64,000 bases of DNA, taken from assembly GCA_000002435.2 (NCBI GenBank), contig CM018793.1; one strand, 5' to 3'. This document shows positions 51,635 to 62,907 of this stretch, piece by piece (positions within the stretch are counted from its first letter, which is position 1; every line of letters starts with the position of its first letter). Both the position numbers and the translations under genes were made by a program. This DNA is from Giardia intestinalis (taxonomy: Eukaryota). The notes below the pieces were generated by a model that had not been told where the DNA came from, did no database searches, and saw only the letters and a list, made by a program, of their open reading frames with translations.

Positions 51635-54600
51635 ATGAGGTTACACTTGTTTCATCTTTCTACATGGCACTACGTCCTTACCGTTGAATATCAAGGTGTA
51701 TGGGACTCACTGCCTGGTACGATGCATCTTTGTACAGTTTTGCAGAGGGACACGGTCATTACACAACAAGGTTCAGTAGGTGCTCCCGCCTTCACATTTG
51801 CCACCGTCTACACTGAACGAAGCGTTGCTCTAGTTGTCTCCAGATTGTCTGTAGTTTACTATGACAAGGCACTCTCTAAGTACATCAGTGATCTCGATAT
51901 AACTGCTTTAGATATTCTCGCCCTGATGCTAACCAGTAATGATGATTATGAGCGTGTAGCATTAGAAAGTTACAAGCAGATAAAACTAAAACGATACCGC
52001 TATGCCGGACCTGTTCTGCAAAACGAATATTCCACTATAGTGTTGCACAATATCATTCATGCTCAAAAGTCAATATCGTATCTTCTTAATAGGCAACTGC
52101 TTCCAGTCTCTTTGGCAACTGACATATTCAAGATATTAAAAAGTGTTGAGGCCTCTAGAATCCGCGATAGACTTAAAAGCGATTTCCAGAAGACATCACA
52201 AATACTACTGCGTCTATCCAGCTATTTTAGTGATATGGAGTTACTGTTAATTAGTCATGAGCCCTATTCTTCTCGTCTCTCAGATAAGGATGCTTCATTT
52301 ATAATAAGGACAACAAACCCTTATTTCTCCATTGTTCACGTTCCTAGAGGGCTCGCTCAGATTGCTACGCCAACACCTGCACAACTCACATCACTATTGA
52401 ACGCCTTTTCTCCCTCTGAACAGGCTAAGATTGTTATGGAATCCGGATGTACATTATCTGTTCAGATTTTGTCTAATAGCACTGCTGATGCCCTCAATCA
52501 AGAATATCCCCACACACTTGCATATCTTATGCGGCACTATTTTTTTCTTCCAACACTCGTCCCCTTACTCCTCCCGTTTTATAATATCAACAGGATATTC
52601 CCCGTGCTGACAGATCCACACCTCTCTTACCTACATTCGCAATCACCTGATTCTGTTGATGCTACTATCTTCTCTGATGAACCAGCAACCTGTACATCGC
52701 CCCTCTCATTAAAGCCTTCAATATATATCGAACTGGCGAGGCGCTACGATCTTCGCAGTCCAAATGACAAGTCAGTATGGCTGACACTAGAAGTTTCTCA
52801 GCCCCTTTCTCGGGTAGGGTACATGTATGCTCCTTATGTGATTCTCTCTACTGCGTTCTCGACCCATACACTGCACCCAGATGATTGTAAGATAATCTTT
52901 GACAGGGTGAAAACGTTCGAAGAGCAGCAAACGCTGTATTTTTGTCAGGGCCGCCTAGCAACTGAGATATCCTCTTCAGGAGTCGTTCTTAGCGATATTG
53001 GTATGTTAAAGCACACTGTTCTCAATCCTATCAATAAATCCATGGCTTCAAGTGACATGGGTGCGTATAGTTTGGCGGACGCCGTGGTTCCCATATTCAA
53101 CCAGTCTCCGGTTGATGGATCGGCGTCTGCCGGGTACTTTAGTCGCGAGGAGTTCTCAGAGGTGCTGTCCCTGTTTTCCAACAAAGTGAGTGCATTAGAG
53201 CAACAGCTAGCTGTTATCCATGCTGTATATGAAGACCTTTACCTGGCTATTACAGCCGGTCCTCCTGCACATCTCACAAATGATTCTAATATCTTCTACT
53301 GCTTGTCATGCGAAGACAGCTGGAGAGCATACCGGCTTGACTGCTTTAAATATTGGCAGGGCGTTGCACCGTGTATAGATAACGGAGCGGCAAAGGCTTT
53401 GGATAGTTGCAGAGTGCTGTTAGAAACCGACACAGAGCTTTGCTCTTATCATCCAGCGAAGGCCTTGTCTGATAAGCCTGTCCAACTATCTAAAAAGGAC
53501 CTGAGGCAATACACTGCTACTCAAGTCAATCCTTTGCCTCTTTGTAGTCTCATGAAGCGACCCATCCTTATTGATAAGAGATGGGCTCTGCAGCAACAAG
53601 TGATTCTATACGTTTCCGGAATGGAAAAGCGCTTTGCGTTATCAACAGGCCAGATCTATTTCTCTATTCGACTTCACTATCCCCAGCTGAATCTCTATAT
53701 TATTAGGATAGAAACGGCACGAATACTTACATGTGGGCAGTTTATTGCCGCTCTTGTGCTTATAGAGGATATCAATCTCAGTCTTAGCGACTATTTGAAC
53801 TATCTGTCTGATTCCATTGTATTTACGCATGCACCACCGGCTTCTACCCTTCCATCAACCAGCGTCTATCATTGTTTGTTTACTTTTAGCTTGGATGGGG
53901 CCTTCATTGGAATCCAGCCTTTGCTGCTGGGAGGACTGGGTCGTTATTATCGATCGGACGATGCTGATGCTTTTACCGTTCGTACTCTGGGCATTCCTAC
54001 AAGGAGTCAAACAAAGCCTGCCTCTAAGGTGGCCACGGCTTCATTTGATAGCACTTTTCCAGTGTATACAGGGCCTCTGGTAGCATCTCTATATACACGC
54101 ATATTAAGTGACGTTGCAAGCCTTGCTGTCTCTGTCTCTTCTAGCGTTTATATTTGCCTTCATAATTTGCATTTAGTTTTACATCTAGACGTCCTAACAG
54201 GAGAAAAGACGTTGATGGGATGTATGCAATCTCTCGTCCATCCGTACAGCACTCGATTTGTGGTATCTTCAAGTGCTTCATTGCCAATCTTTATGGACAT
54301 GAAGCTGCAGTCCATATTGCTCCCAGCATCTGCATCGAGCCTAGTGGGAGAGTTGCTTTCTGACTATACTGACACAGAGGTTGTTGACATTCTCCAGAAG
54401 GATCATACTATTGACACAGGGCCAGCAGCTTCCATTGCCACATATGCATTAGAGGAGTCAGACGAGATTCGGACTCCAGGCTACTGCACAGATACATCTG
54501 AAGGCGAAGTCGATAGTAAAAGGAAGGGCTCTCCTACAAATCCCCAGACTAAGCTCGACATGCGGTTTTCTCTCTTACTGAGTGACAACGGTAGACAGTT

Positions 54601-55171
54601 CCTTAGGCCACGTCTATTCAAGCCAAACAGATTGTCCATTACTTACTATTCCAAAAAGCATGGTGTTTCTTTAATCTTTGACGACACTATCATGCACTTT
54701 CCACACTATCCGGTAGCAATTTCTCGTTTCCATCTTAAAGATACACACCTGATTGCCGTCATTGGCCAGGGCAGAAATAAAAATTACTGGGGAGTTACAT
54801 TTACCGAGTGTACCTTTGGAGGCTCGTGTTCCCTTGTGCGACAAATGGTAGTTGACTTGGGGGTTCCGTATATCTGCGAATCTCACCCCGTCCTCAACAC
54901 CACCACCTCCCAAGCTCCACCTTCGTCCACTGGCAAAATTAGTACAGCATCCATATCGTGCACCGGAGATTCTCTAATATTTACTGTCCCTACAAAGTCT
55001 TTAATGCCAGGAAATTCCGGACAGATGATCCCTGCGACTAGGCTCGTTGAAGTAGGATTTTACACGGAGCTCCGACAGGTAGCTGAGATTGCTGGTGTCT
55101 ATCGCACGCACACACCATTTAGGATTGTCAATTATCAGATACGACCTGTTGAGGGCTGCTTAGGAACATAG
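51635..55171 (+). CDS. Large hypothetical protein of 1178 aa.
   Basis: It is a continuous ORF with an ATG start, beginning about 124 bp after the duplication boundary. No domain was recognised. Its last 12 bp overlap the convergent ankyrin gene. Confidence 0.55.
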   Translation: MRLHLFHLSTWHYVLTVEYQGVWDSLPGTMHLCTVLQRDTVITQQGSVGAPAFTFATVYTERSVALVVSRLSVVYYDKALSKYISDLDITALDILALMLTSNDDYERVALESYKQIKLKRYRYAGPVLQNEYSTIVLHNIIHAQKSISYLLNRQLLPVSLATDIFKILKSVEASRIRDRLKSDFQKTSQILLRLSSYFSDMELLLISHEPYSSRLSDKDASFIIRTTNPYFSIVHVPRGLAQIATPTPAQLTSLLNAFSPSEQAKIVMESGCTLSVQILSNSTADALNQEYPHTLAYLMRHYFFLPTLVPLLLPFYNINRIFPVLTDPHLSYLHSQSPDSVDATIFSDEPATCTSPLSLKPSIYIELARRYDLRSPNDKSVWLTLEVSQPLSRVGYMYAPYVILSTAFSTHTLHPDDCKIIFDRVKTFEEQQTLYFCQGRLATEISSSGVVLSDIGMLKHTVLNPINKSMASSDMGAYSLADAVVPIFNQSPVDGSASAGYFSREEFSEVLSLFSNKVSALEQQLAVIHAVYEDLYLAITAGPPAHLTNDSNIFYCLSCEDSWRAYRLDCFKYWQGVAPCIDNGAAKALDSCRVLLETDTELCSYHPAKALSDKPVQLSKKDLRQYTATQVNPLPLCSLMKRPILIDKRWALQQQVILYVSGMEKRFALSTGQIYFSIRLHYPQLNLYIIRIETARILTCGQFIAALVLIEDINLSLSDYLNYLSDSIVFTHAPPASTLPSTSVYHCLFTFSLDGAFIGIQPLLLGGLGRYYRSDDADAFTVRTLGIPTRSQTKPASKVATASFDSTFPVYTGPLVASLYTRILSDVASLAVSVSSSVYICLHNLHLVLHLDVLTGEKTLMGCMQSLVHPYSTRFVVSSSASLPIFMDMKLQSILLPASASSLVGELLSDYTDTEVVDILQKDHTIDTGPAASIATYALEESDEIRTPGYCTDTSEGEVDSKRKGSPTNPQTKLDMRFSLLLSDNGRQFLRPRLFKPNRLSITYYSKKHGVSLIFDDTIMHFPHYPVAISRFHLKDTHLIAVIGQGRNKNYWGVTFTECTFGGSCSLVRQMVVDLGVPYICESHPVLNTTTSQAPPSSTGKISTASISCTGDSLIFTVPTKSLMPGNSGQMIPATRLVEVGFYTELRQVAEIAGVYRTHTPFRIVNYQIRPVEGCLGT

Positions 55172-57181
55172 TGGACACATAATCTGCAACAGGTCGGGCA
55201 AAGGAGCCCCGCACCGGATGCACGTATTGGACAAGCTATTCCCATCATCAGTGTCGGGTCCCCCCGCAGTTTCAAGACGATCTTCCTCCTTTCGCTTCAG
55301 AAATCTGCCGAAGATCTTTTTTGTAAGCATCACAAATGAGGACGTTCGTTCTTTTGTAGAATTTGTTGTGGTAACTTCTGAGGTGGTTTCTTGGTCTACG
55401 TGGGGACTTTGTGCTACTGTCTCTGGGAGTGGAGCCTCAGTACCGCTTAATTGCCGCATTAGCGTCATCAGAAGGGACTGAATATCGTCATTCGTTCTAG
55501 TGGGATCATCACTCAATGCAATAGCATCAGTGATAAAATCTAAAAGAGAGCTGGTGAACTGAAGGTGCGACCCTATTTGGCGTTGAAGGGCAGTGATAAG
55601 TGGAGCTGACTCCTGATGTCTGTCTCGCAATTCCGTGAGGATGCGCGTAAGTTCTGTGGTTGTCTTTAAGTGGTGACTTATTCCAGCTCTGAATTTCTGA
55701 TGGAGTAGGAGCGTGTTACCTACTGGAGCATATGCTGCTGGGTCTTGGCCAGGCATATATCTAGAAAAGATGTTACTATTAAGAGTGGATGATCTAAGAG
55801 GTCTCCGAGCGGATATACTAGGAGATTGGTTAGAGTCATTGCTATCTGTGCTAAATCTGTCCGACTTTATTCGTTTATGCCGTGACGGATTAGTTTCACC
55901 TATAGTGTAAAACAGGTCACTCATGCTTACATCGTCAGGATGCACAGATGCGCTTTTTGCTCTATTGGTCCGCCGATACAGGATTGAACCTTGGGCAGGA
56001 GACGCTGGTATAAAGTAAGTAGCGTCTGGAGTATAAGTGAACTTTTCAGTGGAACCGATGTCGTGTACACTTGCGCGTTTTGATGCGGGCGCGCTGCTAA
56101 ACTGCAATGACGAAGAGAGCAGAGCCAGCGCGTCTTCCACAGGCTTAGAAATATTCCCACCCTCAAGGGGCTCTAGATAATCTGCAATATGCTGATAGCC
56201 AAGCTCGTATGCAATTGCGTGGGCTGTCATGCCCCTGTTATCTCTAATGCTAGCCTCATATCGAGCAAGCTCCTTTACGCCATCAAAGTAATCTTCTCTG
56301 GCAGCCAGCATAGTAGCAGTCTGACCGTTCTTATTTTGCAAGCGAGCCTCTTGATCTATTAGTAATCTGATCACCGGAACACGACGATGGATCACAGCAC
56401 TCATAAGAGCTGTTGCTCCATTTTCTGCTTGCAGTCCACCCTCTTCCGCTTTGAGCAAATCTACCAAATCGGCATTACCATTGTTCGCAGCCATCATCAG
56501 TGCAGTTAGCCCATGTCTGCACTGCATCCCCGCTTCTTTTAGGGCAAGAATACGCGCAGAAATGCGTTTGTTGCAGATGACAGCCATCATAAGCGCAGTC
56601 ACCCCTTTGTTGGTTGTCATCCGTGATTCACGCTCTAGAAGTATCCTAATAATCTTGAAGTAGTCACGTTCAGCAGCTAGCATCAGCGCTGTAAATCCTA
56701 CCGCATCTTGCATACCTGCCTCGTGGTCAGAAAGTAGCTGCGCGCCCTCAGTGTGATTCCGCCTGGTAGCTATCATAAGCGCCGTTGTTCCATTAAGTGT
56801 CTGCTTCCGAGCTTCATAAGGCGCAAGAATTCTCATAGCATCAAGCTGCCTATTCTCTGCAGCAAACATAAGCGCAGTTCGACCGTGATGGTCTGCGTGG
56901 CCAGCCTCAAACCTGGAAAGATGCTGGACAGCGCGCACGTTTCCCATGGCTGCAGCAAACATCAAGGCGGTGATTCCGTGACTTGTTTCCGCGCCGTGAT
57001 GTTCTGCAGTATGGGTTTCTAGAGCAGCCAGGTCGTTCTTTGCCGCTGCAATCATCAAAGGAGTAACTTCTGTCGAAGTTAAGGGAGGCTCCATATCAAA
57101 AAACAAGTGTGCCAGATTACTGTGGGACATATCCAGATCGCTATCTAGATCGTGGAGGGTCTCAGCATTCCGCCCGTCCAT
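55160..57181 (-). CDS. Ankyrin-repeat protein of the Giardia protein-21.1 type, with a short C-terminal Cys cluster.
   Basis: At least 9 ankyrin repeats are present with the characteristic TALM(F/M/I)AA... G(N/H)xxxV/A..LL pattern. The C-terminus ends CIRCGAPLPDLLQIMCPLCS. Confidence 0.75.
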   Translation of the reverse strand: MDGRNAETLHDLDSDLDMSHSNLAHLFFDMEPPLTSTEVTPLMIAAAKNDLAALETHTAEHHGAETSHGITALMFAAAMGNVRAVQHLSRFEAGHADHHGRTALMFAAENRQLDAMRILAPYEARKQTLNGTTALMIATRRNHTEGAQLLSDHEAGMQDAVGFTALMLAAERDYFKIIRILLERESRMTTNKGVTALMMAVICNKRISARILALKEAGMQCRHGLTALMMAANNGNADLVDLLKAEEGGLQAENGATALMSAVIHRRVPVIRLLIDQEARLQNKNGQTATMLAAREDYFDGVKELARYEASIRDNRGMTAHAIAYELGYQHIADYLEPLEGGNISKPVEDALALLSSSLQFSSAPASKRASVHDIGSTEKFTYTPDATYFIPASPAQGSILYRRTNRAKSASVHPDDVSMSDLFYTIGETNPSRHKRIKSDRFSTDSNDSNQSPSISARRPLRSSTLNSNIFSRYMPGQDPAAYAPVGNTLLLHQKFRAGISHHLKTTTELTRILTELRDRHQESAPLITALQRQIGSHLQFTSSLLDFITDAIALSDDPTRTNDDIQSLLMTLMRQLSGTEAPLPETVAQSPHVDQETTSEVTTTNSTKERTSSFVMLTKKIFGRFLKRKEEDRLETAGGPDTDDGNSLSNTCIRCGAPLPDLLQIMCPLCS

Positions 57182-57237
57182 CCCTTTTTTTGTGACAGGG
57201 AAATCTTTATTTATTTACTCTAAGAAGGATGTTGCCG

Positions 57238-60200
57238 CTATTTTCTGCCCAGAAACTTATCTGCATAAGACCTTACCAGCGGTGGGTTAGTCTTCTCCTC
57301 TGGTTTTGAGGTTTCTGCAGGGTTAGCTTTTTGTTCTGGCTTGGACGCAAGATCAGCTACCTCTGGCTTCTTGGTAGCTTGTGTCTTTGCTTTTGCCCTG
57401 TTCATCAGACTATTCATGCGCTCAGCTTTAATATTCTGTTTCGCCTTGACCTCGTTCTGTATCTCCTCCAGCACCTTGTCCCTATCGGCTTTCCAACTTG
57501 AGTGAAGATCAGTATAGACCTGGCGGCAATCACTTATGTATGACTCTACAAACTCATCCAAACCTGGAATGCTGTTATATAGCGCTAACTCCTTCATGCT
57601 TTCCATATGCTTTTCTTTCTCATAATTTTGAGACGTCTCATGTATCCGCATGAGAATAGGTTGAAGATACTCATGTTCGGTGGAGTCTAGCAGCTTAAGA
57701 CGGTCTGTAGCCTCTTTTCTTGCAATAAGGAGAGTCAGCTCTGCAAGATTCGAGATACGGACATCACGGTCGAATCTCTTCTGTGCCCGATCATGCTCAA
57801 ATTGGTGATGCTTGATTTTAATGAAGTCATTTGGAGCCTGAACGCTTTCGAGATCAAAAGATGTCAGATAGTTGATTAGATCAGTGTCGTGCACTCTGCC
57901 AGCCACTTCTTCTATAAACTGTTTAGCCAGTTTGATTTGAAGCTGCCGGATTTCTGCTGCACGCTTGGCCTTGCGCTGTTTATTCTGAGCTTCCAGGTCA
58001 AGCGCCTCGTCACGCTTCTGCCTCTGAATGACCATCTCCTTGTACTCCTGAAGCCTTTGCTGCTCTAGTTCGCGAGCCTCTTGAATCCTGCTCGTACGTA
58101 ACTTAGCTGAGGATTGTATTTGTTTAAGCTTTACGGAGCGTTGGTCAGTGTAGCTATAATCGGAAAGATCCTGCAAAGATTGCATAATAACCAATTGTGC
58201 AAGTGTTATATTGTTGTACTGGGATGCAGAGCACGTTAGTAAGGCGCTGGCATTAAGGCTCTTCGCTAAGTTAGATGAGACTTTGCTGTCAGCGTGTGGG
58301 GCAGAGTCAAATATGTTGGTAGTAAAGCACGCGTCGACCTTGTTCAAGTAAAAGGCACTAACCGTAGCATATGTTAGAACATCGATCACCTGAGACACGA
58401 AGTTATAGCGCCCGATAAAGGTCTTGCATCTAAGGGCATCGATGATGGTCTGCTGTATGAGTTCGCGTTTGTATAAATCATCGTTGGCAAGTTTGTCAGA
58501 GAATAGGCCTTTCAAAGCGACCATGACATCATCAAGAGTGACTTGTGTCGTCAAAGAAGTCAGTGTATCTAAGGTCAAGTCCTGGTCGTGGTGTTGTTGT
58601 ACATAAGAGAGCAAACTGTCATGCGCACGCTCAATGCACAAGAGGGAAATCGCCTTCTTTGCAAGTGCCTCCTGCAGGTACACACAGGATTCACCGAGGC
58701 TCCAATTGTCGTACAGTCTTAAGAGGCAGTCTGCGGCCTTGGCAACAAATGCTTCCGCGGTTACAGTGATAAGTAAATCCCTCTCAGTATACAGCAGCGG
58801 AACCAAGTCGAGTAGTCCTTTCTGCAAGTTGTTAGAATAAGACGCTATAATATCCTGTAAGATATAATCCAAGATCGAGATTGATGTGATTGTTTCACTG
58901 ATTGCTGCAAAAGAATTCCCATTGGCCAAGTTCTTGGTCTGGTAAACGGGGTTACTTTCTAAAGAGATAGCATGAACCTGCCTATCAAAACAGAATGCAT
59001 TGGACGTGACCATGGATGCCGGGGTAAGACGTGTTATACTGGGATGGTTTATGAAGAAGCTTGGATTTGTGCTACGCGTGTTCCCAAACATATTAGCGTG
59101 GTTCATTAACATAGACGACTGCATGCTGTCTTGGCGAAGAGAAAGCAGTATCGCGAAGGCCTCATTTATAAGCGTATTCCTGACGTCTTGGTCTAGGGAT
59201 GATATCAGCTTGACGGCCTTATATAGAGAGATACCTGCTGCAAAGAGATACCCCTCGGATGAGAACACAGAGATGGCTGCCTTTAAGTGCGCAGCAACCG
59301 CTGCATTCAGGTCAGCAAAGGTAGCAGGAGATGCACCACCCTTGGTACCAATAGCTTCGGTCATTGCGGTAGAGGGTCCCGTACGCAGCTGAATTGCGTT
59401 GTCGAGGCCTCTTTCCTTAGAGAGTGTGGAAAGAAGCGGCGTGGTTAAATCTTGCACTGAGGAGCACGGTGTACATGAAGCTCCCTTGCTGATCTCAGCG
59501 TATACCTGGATGATAGACTGGGTCGAAACCATATCCACAAGGTCTGGTGTCTCTTCTCCTACTAAGTATTCACAGGAAAGTTTGTGCAGGGGTACACAGG
59601 CTCGTGAAATAGAATTGGTGAGCAGCAAGATGTCGGCTGCAGAGCTCTCCAATAGTTTGATGGCGAGAGTGGGTAACCCAAATGTATGGCAAAACGGAAT
59701 ACAAACAAGCTTGCAATAAATGCCAGAAACCAGTGTGTTGGGCTTCTCATACTCAGACTCAGGAGACTTTACATCCACACCCGCGCCCGGACCCAGGTCT
59801 GAGTCAACCTCTCCCACGTCTGTGAGGCTGCGATCCTTGAGGTACTCAACTGCAACGGTCAAGTCAGACTTGAAGGTCATCTCCATGAACCCAGAGAGAA
59901 CGCGATCGGTCACCGCTATAAACTCGTGTTTTCGGTTAAACCGGCTGCATAGCAAGAAGAGGGCCTCTAAGGCGTCCTTATAGAGTCCAACCATTGTCGT
60001 GCACCTCAGCGTTTCGACAATCATACGTAGTGCCAAGAAGGCGAATATTACTGTACGCGCCTGTGGCGGATACTTGTGTAAATCGGCTAGTTGTACAGAG
60101 AAAAGCGAAGTAGCCCTCTCGTTGGATCCCCCCAGCGGTGCCAACATGGCATGGTCAAAGTCAGGCCCTATGCCATCAAGCGTGCTTTGGACACGCCTTA

Positions 60201-60498
60201 TGTAATCACGGAAGGCCTGATCGACGGTAAATGGAGCGCTAAAGCTGAACAGCTTTCTATAGTGATTTAGGCTCTGGCGCGATGCTGGAAGTTCATGCAG
60301 AGAAATAGCAAGTTCGTTATGCAGAAGAAGAACGGGAAGGAATGGCTCTGTAATTACCTTCGGCATGTTACGGGAGACCAGTATCGGCTTTTGCACGTCA
60401 ATAAAGCTAGAAAGCTGCTGGAGTGCTGCGCTGGCATCGCCGGCTGCTTGTGCAGCGCGTGCCTTGGCCAGCACATCCGAAAAGTCGCTCTTTCTCAT
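57238..60498 (-). CDS. Large hypothetical protein of 1086 aa with a charged helical C-terminal third.
   Basis: It is a continuous ORF with an ATG start. The C-terminal ~350 aa are R/K/E/Q-rich and coiled-coil-like. No assignable domain was found. Confidence 0.55.
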   Translation of the reverse strand: MRKSDFSDVLAKARAAQAAGDASAALQQLSSFIDVQKPILVSRNMPKVITEPFLPVLLLHNELAISLHELPASRQSLNHYRKLFSFSAPFTVDQAFRDYIRRVQSTLDGIGPDFDHAMLAPLGGSNERATSLFSVQLADLHKYPPQARTVIFAFLALRMIVETLRCTTMVGLYKDALEALFLLCSRFNRKHEFIAVTDRVLSGFMEMTFKSDLTVAVEYLKDRSLTDVGEVDSDLGPGAGVDVKSPESEYEKPNTLVSGIYCKLVCIPFCHTFGLPTLAIKLLESSAADILLLTNSISRACVPLHKLSCEYLVGEETPDLVDMVSTQSIIQVYAEISKGASCTPCSSVQDLTTPLLSTLSKERGLDNAIQLRTGPSTAMTEAIGTKGGASPATFADLNAAVAAHLKAAISVFSSEGYLFAAGISLYKAVKLISSLDQDVRNTLINEAFAILLSLRQDSMQSSMLMNHANMFGNTRSTNPSFFINHPSITRLTPASMVTSNAFCFDRQVHAISLESNPVYQTKNLANGNSFAAISETITSISILDYILQDIIASYSNNLQKGLLDLVPLLYTERDLLITVTAEAFVAKAADCLLRLYDNWSLGESCVYLQEALAKKAISLLCIERAHDSLLSYVQQHHDQDLTLDTLTSLTTQVTLDDVMVALKGLFSDKLANDDLYKRELIQQTIIDALRCKTFIGRYNFVSQVIDVLTYATVSAFYLNKVDACFTTNIFDSAPHADSKVSSNLAKSLNASALLTCSASQYNNITLAQLVIMQSLQDLSDYSYTDQRSVKLKQIQSSAKLRTSRIQEARELEQQRLQEYKEMVIQRQKRDEALDLEAQNKQRKAKRAAEIRQLQIKLAKQFIEEVAGRVHDTDLINYLTSFDLESVQAPNDFIKIKHHQFEHDRAQKRFDRDVRISNLAELTLLIARKEATDRLKLLDSTEHEYLQPILMRIHETSQNYEKEKHMESMKELALYNSIPGLDEFVESYISDCRQVYTDLHSSWKADRDKVLEEIQNEVKAKQNIKAERMNSLMNRAKAKTQATKKPEVADLASKPEQKANPAETSKPEEKTNPPLVRSYADKFLGRK

Positions 60499-60674
60499 TT
60501 AACTCAATTTAATGCGAATTTATGACAATACCCTACCATACCATACACTACATTGGCTGCATTTTTAATTTTCATAATTAAGAGATAGAGAGTCCTGCAT
60601 CTACCATAGATCTTATACGGTCTATAGCCTCTTCAGATGAGGTGCAATTGATAGCCACAAGAATCACTTCTCAC

Positions 60675-61262
60675 ATGGAGCGAGCCTTTCAGAGCCGGGC
60701 TAAGCAGCTACATATGATTGTTTTTGGCCTGGGCTCACTTACAGCCAAGCATTCTGCTAAGATCGCCTGTCTGCAACTTGCATTGTTCGAATGTATAGCA
60801 GGCTATATTGACGATGACGAGTCCTCTATCCCAAAGTATGCCATTGACCCTCTTTTTACTGAGCGTGATCGTACTATATTATCTACGCTGGGTTATTCTA
60901 TTCTTCCAGCACAAGATAGTTGCGTACTTTCATCATTCCTGAACTTGCAAGAATCGGATAGGGTGCTTTGTTATCTTCCGCACCTTCCTCTTCACTTGGT
61001 TCTTTCGGCCCTTCTTTCGGCCCCTTCTGGCAGTACGTTTTTGTGCCCGTCGGTGAAAAAGGTCTTAGAATTAGAATTTCTGACCGATTCCAGCTCTCAG
61101 TTATATCATCTATCCTCAAAACTCAAGAAGTTATGGGATGAATCCGACGAATACGATTGGCTCAAAAATAATACAATCACCATTCAACCTATTGTAGAAA
61201 CGACTCTTCTCAGGAGTGCCAATGTGGCTTACAATTGCACGTCTGTGTATATACGGCCTTAG
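60675..61262 (+). CDS. Possible small hypothetical protein.
   Basis: The ORF-track start at 60642 is GTG. The first ATG at 60675 gives about 195 aa. No motifs were found, and support is low. Confidence 0.25.
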   Translation: MERAFQSRAKQLHMIVFGLGSLTAKHSAKIACLQLALFECIAGYIDDDESSIPKYAIDPLFTERDRTILSTLGYSILPAQDSCVLSSFLNLQESDRVLCYLPHLPLHLVLSALLSAPSGSTFLCPSVKKVLELEFLTDSSSQLYHLSSKLKKLWDESDEYDWLKNNTITIQPIVETTLLRSANVAYNCTSVYIRP

Positions 61263-61692
61263 TATAGCTTCTATTGGAGATTGTAAAGAGATAGAAGGTA
61301 GGTAACAAACAACGTGTTCCTTGAGCTGAGGGGGCTCATCTGCTCATCTTTGCTACGTAAAGATGAGACATTGACTCAATCTGTACATCAGAAGATTTAC
61401 TAAGGACTTCTATGCTACTAGCAAGGCAGTATCAATATGATGAGCGCAGATTCGCATGGTCGGGTTTCCATTAGAACGCCAGTGCTCTTTCTCCATGGTC
61501 CTTAGCGCACATCTGCCTGTTGGATGCTTTTGTGCTTACATATCTCTCGCTTCTCTTGCCTCTTGCAACATTCTTCTTCTAGTCTGGTCCAATCGTGCAG
61601 CTGTGCAACCACAAGCAGCTTAACACACTCCCTTGCTGGAGTAAATTGCTAAGAAGTGACCACAATAAATAGCACAGACCATTCACATGCAG

Positions 61693-62559
61693 CTAAGCTG
61701 AAAGCTCGCCCCTCAGGATGTTCGCTATCTCCGGTATAGTTCTCATCTCAAATGCCGTCGGCCTCTTTTTAGGATCAGGGTTCAGCATGGATGACACTAG
61801 GTTGACTAGCTTCTTCGAATATGTCGTTATTATCAGCGGAAGGCGTATCTTCTTCAACGCCTCCAAGGGCTCCTCTGGATTGTCTTCCACCAAGACCCGC
61901 TTCATCATGATTTCATACATGGTGCAGCCAAGCGCAAATATATCCACCTCGCGACCATAGCCTTCGTTGACGATAAGCTCCGGAGCGTAGTATTGAAGAG
62001 TCCCCTGGATATAACCCATCTTTCCCTCCATGCTGAGAAGGTCGCGAGACCACCCGATGTCAGCCAGTTTGCACCTTGTTTCGGAGACCATGAAGATCCT
62101 GCGGGGCATGATGTATCGATGGATGATCGCTCGCGTGAATCTGTGCTCGATGTCCTTCATGCGGGACGGTTCATGGAGCTGACAGATGGCCTCCACCAAG
62201 CAGGCCAGAAGACACCAGCAGGTCTGCTCAGGAAGGAACTCATCCTCAGGAAGACCGTACAGGTAGTCGTTGAGCGTGCCCATGGGGAAGTCCTCCATGA
62301 GGACAAACACCTTCTTGCTCTTTGCTTCATATGTCGCCTCATGAACCGTGGCAAAGAAAGGCGATGCGACCTGTGTAGAGAGCGTGATGTCCGTCTTGCA
62401 AAGGTCACACACCTTGGTAGTGTACTCTTCAAGAGAGATCTGACGACATAAATATCGCTCTCCTGTCTCTTTGTCCTGGACCTCCACCAGACGCTGATAC
62501 TCTGCCTCCTCGATGACACCCACTTCAGTGTACTTATCCGCGAAAGAGAAGGTTTGCAT
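61693..62559 (-). CDS. Kinase-like protein, a probable NEK-family pseudokinase.
   Basis: It has IHRYIMPRRIF in place of HRDxKxxN, DFG replaced by DIG, and GTLQYYAPE retained. No Gly loop is present. The alternative-frame ORF 62157..62732 is judged spurious. Confidence 0.6.
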   Translation of the reverse strand: MQTFSFADKYTEVGVIEEAEYQRLVEVQDKETGERYLCRQISLEEYTTKVCDLCKTDITLSTQVASPFFATVHEATYEAKSKKVFVLMEDFPMGTLNDYLYGLPEDEFLPEQTCWCLLACLVEAICQLHEPSRMKDIEHRFTRAIIHRYIMPRRIFMVSETRCKLADIGWSRDLLSMEGKMGYIQGTLQYYAPELIVNEGYGREVDIFALGCTMYEIMMKRVLVEDNPEEPLEALKKIRLPLIITTYSKKLVNLVSSMLNPDPKKRPTAFEMRTIPEIANILRGELSA

Positions 62560-62907
62560 TTTTTATGGGTGCATGGAGTGTGAGTTTTTTTGACTCTGTG
62601 GCGTCTAAAGAAGAGGGAATTGCAGTACACGGAAAATGGGTTCAACTGTCTTAGGGACAAGGGAGGGATCCACCTGTTTGCAATTAATAAAATGTCAACG
62701 ACGACCGGGCCTTCTAGCACACAATTGCCCACACTACCGCGTCCATACAGCTACATAGAGACATCTGCATCACACAAAGCGGACTCTTCTCATGCTACCG
62801 CCCGTAATACTGTCACAGGGGAGATTCTACTCTGCCAATTTTCCCGAGGCCCTCAGCTGGATGAGGCAGGTCGTTGGCTTTTACAACTTGATGCGCAGTA
62901 CATTTGT

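Noticed and set aside
62157-62732. 191-aa minus-strand ORF overlapping the kinase-like gene in another frame.
   Set aside because: It is an Arg/Ser-rich alternative-frame translation of the 61693..62559 gene, which has a clear kinase-fold signature.
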